Assembly (NCBI GenBank): GCA_001823545.1 | Contig: MHUV01000006.1 | Span: 27,437 to 91,436 of the forward strand | Direction: 5' to 3' | Length of the DNA: 64,000 nucleotides | Source: Candidatus Yonathbacteria bacterium RIFCSPLOWO2_01_FULL_43_27 | GTDB lineage: Bacteria; Patescibacteriota; Minisyncoccia; Phycocordibacterales; UBA1550 | Shown here: positions 52,670 through 61,277 of the stretch, one piece after another | Numbering within the stretch: position 1 is the stretch's first letter | How the letters are laid out: every line of letters begins with the position of its first letter | The notes under the pieces: model-generated | Database searches by the model: none | What the model saw: the letters and a program-made list of their open reading frames with translations, nothing else | What the model was told of the DNA's origin: nothing | Translations under genes and position numbers: made by a program

Positions 52670-53418
52670 TAAATTATTCCTAACATTTTAAGAAATCCAT
52701 TATATAAATTACTCCTCAAAACATACTTCGTGTCTTCTGCTTTTTGAAACATGCGAGAATTATGAAGCACATCATCAATATATTTTCCAATTTCATCAGT
52801 AATAAAATATATAGGAATAACCTTATCGCCTTCTTGGTTAAAATAATTATACAACACTCCTTCTTGTTGATAAATCTGTCTATAATTATCTATTGTATGA
52901 ACAGGTATCTTTAATTTTTTTAATTTACTATCTAGTTTTTCTTTAATAAATGCATACCCTCCACTAATTCCACTATTTAAACCAAAATCAGCTAGACATT
53001 TTATCATGAAAAGCATGACAATATTTCTGGGCAAATATTTATTGTTATCATTTCGGGCAACTATTAAGCGTCCTATTTCAGCTCTATTTTCTCTCGAGAT
53101 ACTCTTAATGTCCGATGGCTCTTCAAAAGAAAAACATTCTTTCTCTGTAGGAAGGAATTGATCTTTTATTAATCTGACAGTCCCAATAATTTGTTCGTCA
53201 ACTTTTGCAATGAAATAATCACACTTGCCACTCAGATCATAGTCATCTATATCTTGTTGTGATGGAAACAATTTTGGATCTATATAGCCCCTCGATGTAT
53301 ATATATTGTATCTTAAGCGATACATTTCTTGCAATTCTTTTTCACAGTTTGGTACTCCAAAATAAATAGTTTTATTTTGCTTATTATCCTCGACACTCAA
53401 TTCGTACATTATTTTCAT
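52669..53418 (-). CDS. GNAT-fold N-acyl amino acid synthase / LuxI-like protein
   Basis: YRLRYNIY..RGY, DIDDYD, IGTVRLI, LPTE, AEIGRL motifs shared by FeeM/LuxI-type acyl-amide synthases. Confidence 0.75.
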   Translation of the reverse strand: MKIMYELSVEDNKQNKTIYFGVPNCEKELQEMYRLRYNIYTSRGYIDPKLFPSQQDIDDYDLSGKCDYFIAKVDEQIIGTVRLIKDQFLPTEKECFSFEEPSDIKSISRENRAEIGRLIVARNDNNKYLPRNIVMLFMIKCLADFGLNSGISGGYAFIKEKLDSKLKKLKIPVHTIDNYRQIYQQEGVLYNYFNQEGDKVIPIYFITDEIGKYIDDVLHNSRMFQKAEDTKYVLRSNLYNGFLKMLGII

Positions 53419-53422
53419 TTTT

Positions 53423-54127
53423 CTATATTTTTTGAGCGGTATTTAAAATCCCCTGCCCTGCATACACGACGTGATCATCAGAAATGTCTTTAAACCCCAC
53501 TTGTGACAATAATGCCTTCTGCTCTCCCTGTTTAAAGAAGTCGTAACTACCTGACTTATTTTCCTTCTTGATTAATGAATTATAGTAAAAAATCTTGATT
53601 GTAGGAATAAGGAATTTAAATATTTTGAAAATTGACACAATTCCATTATTTTTAAAATCTTGAGTAACTTGTTCAAAATAAATTTTTAAAGGCGAAAACC
53701 CTTCTACAATATTTGAAACAACAATAACACCCCCTGGCTTTAAAACTCTGTGCAACTCTTTTGCAACCGCTACCCGAGACGTTCTCGGTAACGTGTAGAG
53801 TACATTATTTGAGCAAATCTTATCAAAGTAATTATCCTTAAAAGGAAGTGGTTTTAAAATATCCCCAACCTCAACAATAGCATCTTTCTGTTTTTGTTTA
53901 TAAAGATCAAGTCCTTCTTTAGAACTATCAAAGGCGACTACCTGTGCACCAATATTTGAAAGAATTATCGCCAAGTTTCCCGTACCCGCGCCAGCATCGA
54001 GGACTAAGTCCCCTTTTTTGATTTTCAGATTGTCTTTGACCGAACCGAGAAGGTTCTGATACGGCCTAAGCTCGTTCAGAACATCGTATACTGCAAAATA
54101 TTTTCTCCAAAAATCATCCTTGGTCAT
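53423..54127 (-). CDS. Class I SAM-dependent methyltransferase
   Basis: VLDAGAGTG, LPFKDNYFD, RVLKPGG. Confidence 0.9.
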   Translation of the reverse strand: MTKDDFWRKYFAVYDVLNELRPYQNLLGSVKDNLKIKKGDLVLDAGAGTGNLAIILSNIGAQVVAFDSSKEGLDLYKQKQKDAIVEVGDILKPLPFKDNYFDKICSNNVLYTLPRTSRVAVAKELHRVLKPGGVIVVSNIVEGFSPLKIYFEQVTQDFKNNGIVSIFKIFKFLIPTIKIFYYNSLIKKENKSGSYDFFKQGEQKALLSQVGFKDISDDHVVYAGQGILNTAQKI

Positions 54128-54215
54128 TTTGTATGAGTTATGAGGGCTAGAGTGGGCTGTTTATGTTTATGTATATGGTTACGTATTTTTCTCCCCTATT
54201 CCCCTATTATCCCCC
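53979..54215. repeat. 237-bp direct repeat, copy 1 (methyltransferase 5' end + leader)
   Basis: Matches 57664-57900 with three substitutions seen. Confidence 0.95.
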
Positions 54216-54357
54216 CATAAAAACATAGGGGGTAATATATTTGTTTGGAGAAAGTCGTTTTAGGGGGTATTATTGATACATCAAGGTTTTTACGCCTAAG
54301 CTTCTAAACTAATATATAAATAATCAAAAAGGAGGCAATCCGAAAAATATTAAAAAT

Positions 54358-55206
54358 ATGAAATATGAATCTATTAGCTTTAGAACACCTGAGACACCAG
54401 AAGCAAGCGAGCAAGAATTTACAATTGATTCAATTGATCTAAAACCAGAAAAAGAAAAAACTCCAATCCCCGTACTGTTTGCCCCTGGGTGGGGATTTAC
54501 GCCAGAAACACTCAATCAATCTTTTGAAGTTCTTGTAGAAAATGGTCGTCGCGTCATCTCCCTTGCCCACATAAGAGAATCTTCTCAAGTAAAATCAGAT
54601 AAGCATGTTTCTCCAGAACTACAGAAAGCATACGCACTATTAGCACTCCTAGATAAAAAACATATAGAAAAAGTGGATGCTGTTGCACACTCCGAAGGAA
54701 GTATTAATTTAGCAATTGCGGCACTTGAGCATCCAGAAAAATTTCGTAATATCGTCTTCATTAATCCTGCTGGAATGATTGGTGAAAATACTTTTCCAAA
54801 ACATATTTTTAAATTTTATACTGAAGTATTCCAAGATTTTAAAGCTTCTTTGAGAGGAAAGGGGGTATTTAAATCTGTTTTAATAGAATATAAAGAGATT
54901 GCGAAATATTTTCTTAGTAATCCAGCCTTGTCTTTAAGAGAGGCGGTGGCAATATCCCAAGCGGACATTTTACAGATGATTAGCGAACTGAAACAACACA
55001 ATATCGGAGTATCTGTAATTTCAGGGGTAGACGATAAAATCATTCCTATGGATAAGTTGCAAGAGAAAGTATCTTCAAACTCTATTAACGGTTTTTACTC
55101 CGTCAAAGGTGGACACAATGAGATACTCTTTCAACCAATTAAATATATGGGAGCAGTTGATACTGCACTAGATGCTTTAGAAAAAAGAGGTGTCGTTGAC
55201 AAATAA
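54358..55206 (+). CDS. Alpha/beta-fold hydrolase
   Basis: FAPGWG, AHSEG nucleophile elbow, DD..I, GGHN. Confidence 0.82.
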   Translation: MKYESISFRTPETPEASEQEFTIDSIDLKPEKEKTPIPVLFAPGWGFTPETLNQSFEVLVENGRRVISLAHIRESSQVKSDKHVSPELQKAYALLALLDKKHIEKVDAVAHSEGSINLAIAALEHPEKFRNIVFINPAGMIGENTFPKHIFKFYTEVFQDFKASLRGKGVFKSVLIEYKEIAKYFLSNPALSLREAVAISQADILQMISELKQHNIGVSVISGVDDKIIPMDKLQEKVSSNSINGFYSVKGGHNEILFQPIKYMGAVDTALDALEKRGVVDK

Positions 55207-55316
55207 TATAACTGAGACGAGAACAGCCACCATTGCTCTTACCCTCCATAAAAACATAAGGGGTGTGAAAATGGGTAAGAATTTTATGGAAAAGTAGGGT
55301 GTTTCGGTAAAATTTT

Positions 55317-56072
55317 TTAACTATTTTTCTTGTATTTATCAATTTTCCCAAACCAATCTTTAGAGATTTTAAATATTTTTTCACGCATATCTTCTGTATC
55401 GTTAAAATAATGAGTGGCATTTTTAATGACAGTAAGATCTTTGGGTTTATTAGCTGTCTTAAAATAACGTTTCGCCCCCTTCACGAGGACACCCTTTCCG
55501 GCTACAATAATTTTCAAAGGTACATGAAAATTATTGGTGAGGTCATTCCAATTTATTATATCGGCCTCTTCAACTATTGGCTTTCCAACAATAAGATTTA
55601 TTCCCCAATTCATCAGATACCCTTTTGCCTCCTTGATGTATTTTATAGGAGGAAGACCATGTTCTGTTTTTGTGAAGGACATTTTATACGAAGGATCCCA
55701 AAGAACTGCCCCATCAAAATTTTGCTCACTCGAGAGCAGTATGCCTGTACCACCATAACTATGTCCTGCTATAAATATCTTTTGAAATTTATTCCTACGA
55801 AAATATCTCACCATTGCATCAATATCAGACGCATTTATTTTGAGTGTTGTATCTATCATCTGACGAGCATTTTTCTCTCCTCCGTATAGATTAAAACGAA
55901 AAGTTGCATATCCTTGTTTTGCAAAATAGCGTGTAGCGTTTAAGTAAAAATCTCCATCCATGGTCTCCAAAAAACCATGAACAATAATAAAAAGAGGCTG
56001 ACGAGATGTCCCACTCAATCGTCCATATATGTAATTTTTTTCTGATACTTTTATTTTTAATTTCTTTTCCAT
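55317..56072 (-). CDS. Alpha/beta-fold hydrolase
   Basis: IVHGF, GHSYGG, ATHYF; likely start MEKK at 56072. Confidence 0.85.
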   Translation of the reverse strand: MEKKLKIKVSEKNYIYGRLSGTSRQPLFIIVHGFLETMDGDFYLNATRYFAKQGYATFRFNLYGGEKNARQMIDTTLKINASDIDAMVRYFRRNKFQKIFIAGHSYGGTGILLSSEQNFDGAVLWDPSYKMSFTKTEHGLPPIKYIKEAKGYLMNWGINLIVGKPIVEEADIINWNDLTNNFHVPLKIIVAGKGVLVKGAKRYFKTANKPKDLTVIKNATHYFNDTEDMREKIFKISKDWFGKIDKYKKNS

Positions 56073-56091
56073 TTTTTTATTAAAACAAAAA

Positions 56092-56120
56092 CAGAGGGGG
56101 TTCGTATGCAACCCCCTCTG
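56092..56120 (-). terminator. Terminator after the DUF397 gene
   Basis: cagagggggtt-cgtatgc-aaccccctctg with an adjacent A-rich tract on +. Confidence 0.75.
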
Positions 56121-56128
56121 CGACATTC

Positions 56129-56350
56129 TCAAACGTCGAATTCGTTGTTCTTCACCCCCTTCAAGAAAGCGCTCCACTCTTTCTTATTGTAAGAGATGGT
56201 GGGGCCGTTCGGGTTTTTGGTGTCACGGATATCCACCATATTCCCCCTTATGCGCACAGCAACACAGCAGCATTTGTGCGTATAAGAAGAGAGTTTAAAC
56301 CCTTCTTCCGCAAAAGGATTATGGCTTGGTGCTGACTTCTTCTTATTCAT
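56129..56350 (-). CDS. DUF397 domain protein
   Basis: FKLSSY...CVAV...IRDTKNPNGP...EWSAFLKGVKNNEFD signature; AAAGGAG SD. Confidence 0.88.
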   Translation of the reverse strand: MNKKKSAPSHNPFAEEGFKLSSYTHKCCCVAVRIRGNMVDIRDTKNPNGPTISYNKKEWSAFLKGVKNNEFDV

Positions 56351-56425
56351 AACGAAACTCCTTTCTTTATAATGTTCAATACGTCACCCCGAGACCATCT
56401 CGGAACATACGCTTACTCCTATTAT

Positions 56426-56454
56426 ATAGTACCTACTTCAATAAGTTTTGTCAA
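56426..56454 (-). promoter_or_regulatory. Sigma70-type promoter for DUF397
   Basis: TTGACA-17 bp-TACTAT on the minus strand. Confidence 0.6.
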
Positions 56455-56475
56455 ATGCCTCGAGAGGTAAATTCT

Positions 56476-56900
56476 CTACCTAAATGCAATTGCTTTACTT
56501 CTTGATAATCGAGGAACTTTTTCAATGATAGCACAGCCTATCGACACTTCGTATGCACTGCGATAGCCTAGTGATTTTCGGTACTTGTGATTCATCGTAT
56601 GAAGCATAGATTGGAATGTTGCATCGGGTACTTTTGCAAGGTCTGTACCTTTGGGAAGAAACCAGCGGCGTATGAGCCCAATACTACTCTCTACATGCGG
56701 TTTCTGCCAAGGACTGCCTGGAGTGCAGAAGTAAGTTGGGATACCAAATTGTTCGTGCTGTTGATTCTCAATACCATTGTCCATAGTCCATGTGGTAACT
56801 GCAACTTTTTTCTGTATAGATTTCATAGAGGTGACCATGACGCTTGGTTTCTTGTTCGCAATGAGTTTCCCTGTGAGTAAATGCGTCGCTGGAACTACGG
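56476..56900 (-). pseudogene. IS30-family transposase C-terminal remnant
   Basis: TMDNGIEN, YFCTPGSPWQKPHVESSIGLIRRWFLPKGTDL, N.KYRKSLGY; N-terminal portion missing; boundary approximate. Confidence 0.85.
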
Positions 56901-56928
56901 TCAGATGTCCCACTATCTTGGAATGGAG

Positions 56929-57659
56929 AAAGAGGGTCAGGTACCCTTTCCATCTTACTTCTGATATACTAACCGAATGCCACGCATTACCCGTACCGAC
57001 ATCGGTAATCATTGCTACCATGTCATCAATCGCGCCAACGCTCGACTCCCCATTTTCTTTGCAGAACAGGACTACCTTTTATTTGAGGAAGTTTTGGAAG
57101 AAGCACAAAAGAAGTTTTCTATGAGGATCCTTGCGTATTGTCTTATGCCAAATCATTTCCACCTAGTACTCTATCCCATAAATGACGGCGATATGGGGAA
57201 GTTTATGCAATGGCTCACACTCACTCATACCCAGCGCTGGCACCAAGCGAACAATACAAAAGGAAGCGGACACCTCTATCAAGGGAGATACAAATCTTTT
57301 TTAATACAAGACGACAAACACCTTCTTTCCGTCATCCGCTATGTAGAGCGAAATTCGTTGCGTGCAAAATTAGTTAAAAAAGCAGAGAATTGGGGTTTCT
57401 GCAGTTTGGCGCGACGTCTTTCAGAGCACCCAGCAAAAAAGAAACTTTTGTCAGCGTGGCCGATACTTGAGCCCGAAGACTATCTTTCATTTGTTAATAT
57501 ACCTCAAACAAGAGAAGAAGAAGAACTCATCAGGGGGTCTGTTGTAAAAGGGAAGCCATTTGGCGCAGATGCATGGGCTATGAAAATGATCAAGAAGTTT
57601 GGGCTGGAAACTACTGTCCGACCCACAGGGAGACCCAAAAAGGGTACCTGACCCCCTTT
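56929..57659 (+). mobile_element. RAYT-type element bounded by 21-bp inverted repeats
   Basis: aaagagggtcaggtacccttt (56929-56949) versus aaagggtacctgacccccttt (57639-57659), one mismatch. Confidence 0.8.
56977..57651 (+). CDS. REP-associated tyrosine (Y1 HUH) transposase
   Basis: MPR..R, YHVINRAN, AYCLMPNHFHL (HUH), GHLYQGRYKS, RYVERN. Confidence 0.92.
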   Translation: MPRITRTDIGNHCYHVINRANARLPIFFAEQDYLLFEEVLEEAQKKFSMRILAYCLMPNHFHLVLYPINDGDMGKFMQWLTLTHTQRWHQANNTKGSGHLYQGRYKSFLIQDDKHLLSVIRYVERNSLRAKLVKKAENWGFCSLARRLSEHPAKKKLLSAWPILEPEDYLSFVNIPQTREEEELIRGSVVKGKPFGADAWAMKMIKKFGLETTVRPTGRPKKGT

Positions 57660-57663
57660 ACTC

Positions 57664-57900
57664 CCCGTACCCGCGCCTGCATCAAGGACTAAGTCCCCTT
57701 TTTTGATTTTCAGATTGTCTTTGACCGAACCGAGAAGGTCCTGATACGGCCTAAGCTCGTTCAGAACATCGTATACTGCAAAATATTTTCTCCAAAAATC
57801 ATCCTTGGTCATTTTGTATGAGTTATGAGGGCTAGAGTGGGCTGTTTATGTTTATGTATATGGTTACGTATTTTTCTCCCCTATTCCCCTATTATCCCCC
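57664..57900 (-). pseudogene. Truncated duplicate of the methyltransferase 5' end + leader (direct repeat copy 2)
   Basis: MTKDDFW...DAGAGTG, cut off within a few bp of the RAYT inverted repeat. Confidence 0.92.
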
Positions 57901-58043
57901 ATTCTACCAAATCCCCCCATAAAAACATAGAGGGTATGGAATGGGGTGGGAATTTATAGAAAAATATGGTATTTCGAAAGGATCTTTTAGGTATCGAAAG
58001 TGTTTGATGCAATAGTAGCTATTTCCGTTAACCCAACAAAAAA

Positions 58044-58076
58044 CACGGCTATTGATTTTAAAAATCAATAGCCGTG
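58044..58076 (-). terminator. Terminator after argS
   Basis: cacggctattgatttt-a-aaaatcaatagccgtg with an adjacent A-tract on +. Confidence 0.8.
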
Positions 58077-58090
58077 CTAAGAAACAAAGA

Positions 58091-59959
58091 CTACATCTTT
58101 TCCGGAACCTTGATGCTCATCATCGACAATCCTTTTTTGATTACCATGGACACGCCTTTGATTAAAGCGATTCTTGATTCACGGAGTTTTACATCTTCGG
58201 TTCGGAGGATAGAGGTCTCGTTGTAAAAGCTGTTGAAGAGCGACGCTAATTCTTCTAAATATCCACAGATATAATTAGGAGAATCGGTCTCTTGAGCTTT
58301 TGCGATAACATCAGGGAACGCCATAAGCTTCTTTGCAAGCTCAAATTCGCTCTTGTTCACGAAGGATATATCGTTCATCTCGAGCTTTCCGAGATCAATC
58401 TCACCAAAAGCTTCTTTCAGCTTTTCCATGATGGAATTGATTCGAACATACGAGTATTGCAGGTAGACCGCGCTCCCTCCTTCCAAGTCCAACATCTTGT
58501 CCCAATCAAAAGAGATGTTCTTGGTTCTTGACTGGCGCAAATCATTGTAGATAATTGCTCCAACACCGACGATTTCAGCAACTTTGTCCAGTTCCTGGGG
58601 GTCAGTATTCGGGCTCTTCGCAAGCAAAATCTCTTTTGACTTGCTTACAGACTGAGAAATGAGATCTTCCAGTTCGATCAATGTCCCCTTCCTCGTGGAC
58701 ATCTTCTTCCCATCGCGTAAGATCATTCCGAAGCCTATGTGCTTTGCCTCTACACCTTCGGGTAAGTAGTCAGCGCGCCTGCCTAATTCAAACAATTGTT
58801 TGAAGTTCAGCTCTTGCTCACTACCTACCACATAAAGAATGGAATCTGAGTCGAACGTGTTGACCCTGAACTGAAGTGTTGCCAGATCTCTCGATAAGTA
58901 GAGACTTGAACCATCTTGCTTTCTAAGCAAGAAGGACGGGAGATCCCCCATTTGATCCACAATGACTGCTTCTGATGACTCGTCTTTTCTGCAGAGCCCT
59001 TTTCCCGTGCACTCATCGACTAGCTTGTCTGCCTGCTCGGTGAAATAACTCTCGCCGATACTGAGATCAAATTCAATTCCGAGCTTTTTATAAACACGCT
59101 CAAAATCTTCGAGACTCAAGTCTCTGAATCGCTTCCAAAGAGCGACCAATTCGGGATCTTTTTTCTCGAGACGCGCAAACAGCTCACGAGCGTTGTCTTT
59201 AACCTCAGGATGTTCTTCTGAAAATTGGTGGAACTTAACATAGAGATCTTTGAGTTCTACGAGAGGGTTTTCCGCGATTCTCTTCTCATCTCCCCACTCC
59301 TTGTAAGCATAAATGAGAGAGCCGAACTGCGTTCCCCAATCGCCCAGATGATTGTCTCTGATAACACTATAGCCAGTCTCGCGATAAATGTTTGCGAGAG
59401 CCTGTCCTATAATCGTTGATCTCAAATGGCCGACACCGATCGGCTTTGCGATGTTTGGAGCAGAGTAGTCAATGATGGCAACTTTGCCGGCATTAATGTT
59501 ACTCTCTCCATACCGCTCTCCAAGTTCAAGGATTTTTGAAAGAATTTCCTGATAGAGCTTTTCTTTATGTGTTTCCACATTCACAAAAGCTCCTACAAGA
59601 GAGGCATCCTTAATCAAATCCATTCGATGCTCGTTTATGCCATCAACGATTTTTTTTGCAAGTATATTCGGCTTTTCATCAAGTTTTTTTGCAAGACGAA
59701 AAACCTCAATTGCAAAATCTCCAGATATATGAGATGGGGGTACTGACAATTCTATTTCCTCAACATCTTGAGTGCCTAGAGACTCCCTTACCACCTCCTC
59801 TACCTCTTTTTGCAATTTTACTGACAGATAGCTACCAAAATCAACGTAATCACGATGCTCCTTTTCTTTTCTAATCCTTTCCTGGACAGTGTTTACAGAC
59901 TCAATTACCTCAAGTTTGTATTTTTCAAATTCGCTCTGTTTTTGCTGATTGATTTCCAT
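58091..59959 (-). CDS. argS: Arginine--tRNA ligase
   Basis: DYSAPNIAKP, VGHLRSTIIG, NHLGDWGTQFG, KMSTRKG, YLQYSYVRI, PEKM C-terminus. Confidence 0.97.
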   Translation of the reverse strand: MEINQQKQSEFEKYKLEVIESVNTVQERIRKEKEHRDYVDFGSYLSVKLQKEVEEVVRESLGTQDVEEIELSVPPSHISGDFAIEVFRLAKKLDEKPNILAKKIVDGINEHRMDLIKDASLVGAFVNVETHKEKLYQEILSKILELGERYGESNINAGKVAIIDYSAPNIAKPIGVGHLRSTIIGQALANIYRETGYSVIRDNHLGDWGTQFGSLIYAYKEWGDEKRIAENPLVELKDLYVKFHQFSEEHPEVKDNARELFARLEKKDPELVALWKRFRDLSLEDFERVYKKLGIEFDLSIGESYFTEQADKLVDECTGKGLCRKDESSEAVIVDQMGDLPSFLLRKQDGSSLYLSRDLATLQFRVNTFDSDSILYVVGSEQELNFKQLFELGRRADYLPEGVEAKHIGFGMILRDGKKMSTRKGTLIELEDLISQSVSKSKEILLAKSPNTDPQELDKVAEIVGVGAIIYNDLRQSRTKNISFDWDKMLDLEGGSAVYLQYSYVRINSIMEKLKEAFGEIDLGKLEMNDISFVNKSEFELAKKLMAFPDVIAKAQETDSPNYICGYLEELASLFNSFYNETSILRTEDVKLRESRIALIKGVSMVIKKGLSMMSIKVPEKM

Positions 59960-59983
59960 GTTGTCTCCTTAATTTTAGTAAAC

Positions 59984-60029
59984 GAGGACAGCCACCATTG
60001 TTTTGTCTTTTGTGTATTCTAAGATATTA
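59984..60029 (-). repeat. 46-bp leader shared with 61964-62009
   Basis: gaggacagccaccattgttttgtcttttgtgtattctaagatatta; 43/46 identical to the second copy. Confidence 0.9.
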
Positions 60030-60214
60030 TTATTCCCCCATTCTACCAAAAAACTACACAAAATATACTATTGACAGAACGCAAAATCTTGTTATTATTC
60101 ATAATAGAAAGAAAGTATGTTCTAATAAATAATCAAGGTCTAAAACCTTGTTCATATATATAGCGGAATTGAACGATTGTCGCCGACAATAAAAAATAAA
60201 AAAGGGAGGAGAAG

Positions 60215-60676
60215 ATGCCCACGGAGGATATTTCTTTGTATCGACACCATATCGGCTGTGACATAAACACTCTTGTGGCAGAAGTATACGATCTGGTAAA
60301 GGATGTAACAAAATGCCCACAGGTTTCTTCTCGAGTCAAAGATTTGGAAACACTGAGAAAGAAGATGGTACTCAAAAATACTCATGACATCTTCTCTATC
60401 GACGACGTATATGGGATACGCATCATAGTTACTTCTATAGATGAAGTATACGCCGTCCTTGAGAGAATCTCTCGAGTATTCGAAGGATTCCTCGACCACG
60501 ATTACTTCAAGAACGCAAAGGCGTGCCCGAGCGTCGACGGAAAGTTCTTACGACTGGTGCAATTCGTTGCATACAAAAACAAAGTTCCGTTTGAGGTGCA
60601 GGTCACAACAGCATCTTGTCACGAAACCAACGAATCACTCCATGCGAGATATCATCGGAGAAAATATGGTTCGTAA
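60215..60676 (+). CDS. Small alarmone synthetase-like (RelA/SpoT synthetase domain) protein
   Basis: SRVKD..TL.KK, DVYGIRII, DYF, FEVQVTT, H..Y motifs; GGGAGG SD. Confidence 0.75.
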   Translation: MPTEDISLYRHHIGCDINTLVAEVYDLVKDVTKCPQVSSRVKDLETLRKKMVLKNTHDIFSIDDVYGIRIIVTSIDEVYAVLERISRVFEGFLDHDYFKNAKACPSVDGKFLRLVQFVAYKNKVPFEVQVTTASCHETNESLHARYHRRKYGS

Positions 60677-60699
60677 ACCCATGATGACTGGCTCATGCC

Positions 60700-61272
60700 T
60701 CATTGTGGGTTTTCTTTTTTACATAACTCTGATATTTCAAAATAGTCTTTCACTATTTGATGCTCCCCAAGTGCAGATTTTAAAATATTGCCGATTTCTG
60801 CATAGTACCACCGATAATCATCGGGTGTACCACGGAAATGAGATATCACATTCTCATTTTTTTCTCTCAACGCGCTGAAGTATGCCTGCAAATTAGACAT
60901 CTTATCGATTGCGACAATGATGAGTGCGTCTGGTGATGCTGTTTTTATTTTTTCTAAATACGCCATCTTTTTTTCTTTCCATGTTGCATATTCTTCTTCC
61001 TCGACGAGACTCACCTCGTCTACAAGTTGTGCTATATGTTGACCAAATTCTTCTTGCAGATGAGCAAGAGAAACATCGGAACAATCTTCGAGCACGTCAT
61101 GAAGAAGTGCTGCGGTAATTATTCTTTCATCGTCTGTGTACTCGGAAAGACTGAGTGCTACCAATACAGGATGCACTATGTATGGTACTCGACCGCCTTT
61201 GCGGTACTGCCCATCATGTTTTTGAGCTGCGAAATATAGAGCTCGTTTGATAGAGGAATGTTCTTTTTTCAT
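60700..61272 (-). CDS. HD-domain small alarmone hydrolase (Mesh1/SAH-like)
   Basis: FAAQKHDGQYRK, PYIVHP, AALLHDVLED, DKMSNL. Confidence 0.9.
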   Translation of the reverse strand: MKKEHSSIKRALYFAAQKHDGQYRKGGRVPYIVHPVLVALSLSEYTDDERIITAALLHDVLEDCSDVSLAHLQEEFGQHIAQLVDEVSLVEEEEYATWKEKKMAYLEKIKTASPDALIIVAIDKMSNLQAYFSALREKNENVISHFRGTPDDYRWYYAEIGNILKSALGEHQIVKDYFEISELCKKENPQ

Positions 61273-61277
61273 AGAGA

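Noticed and set aside
57504-57812. 102-aa methyltransferase ORF as a functional gene
   Set aside because: A truncated duplicate reading through into the antisense strand of the RAYT.
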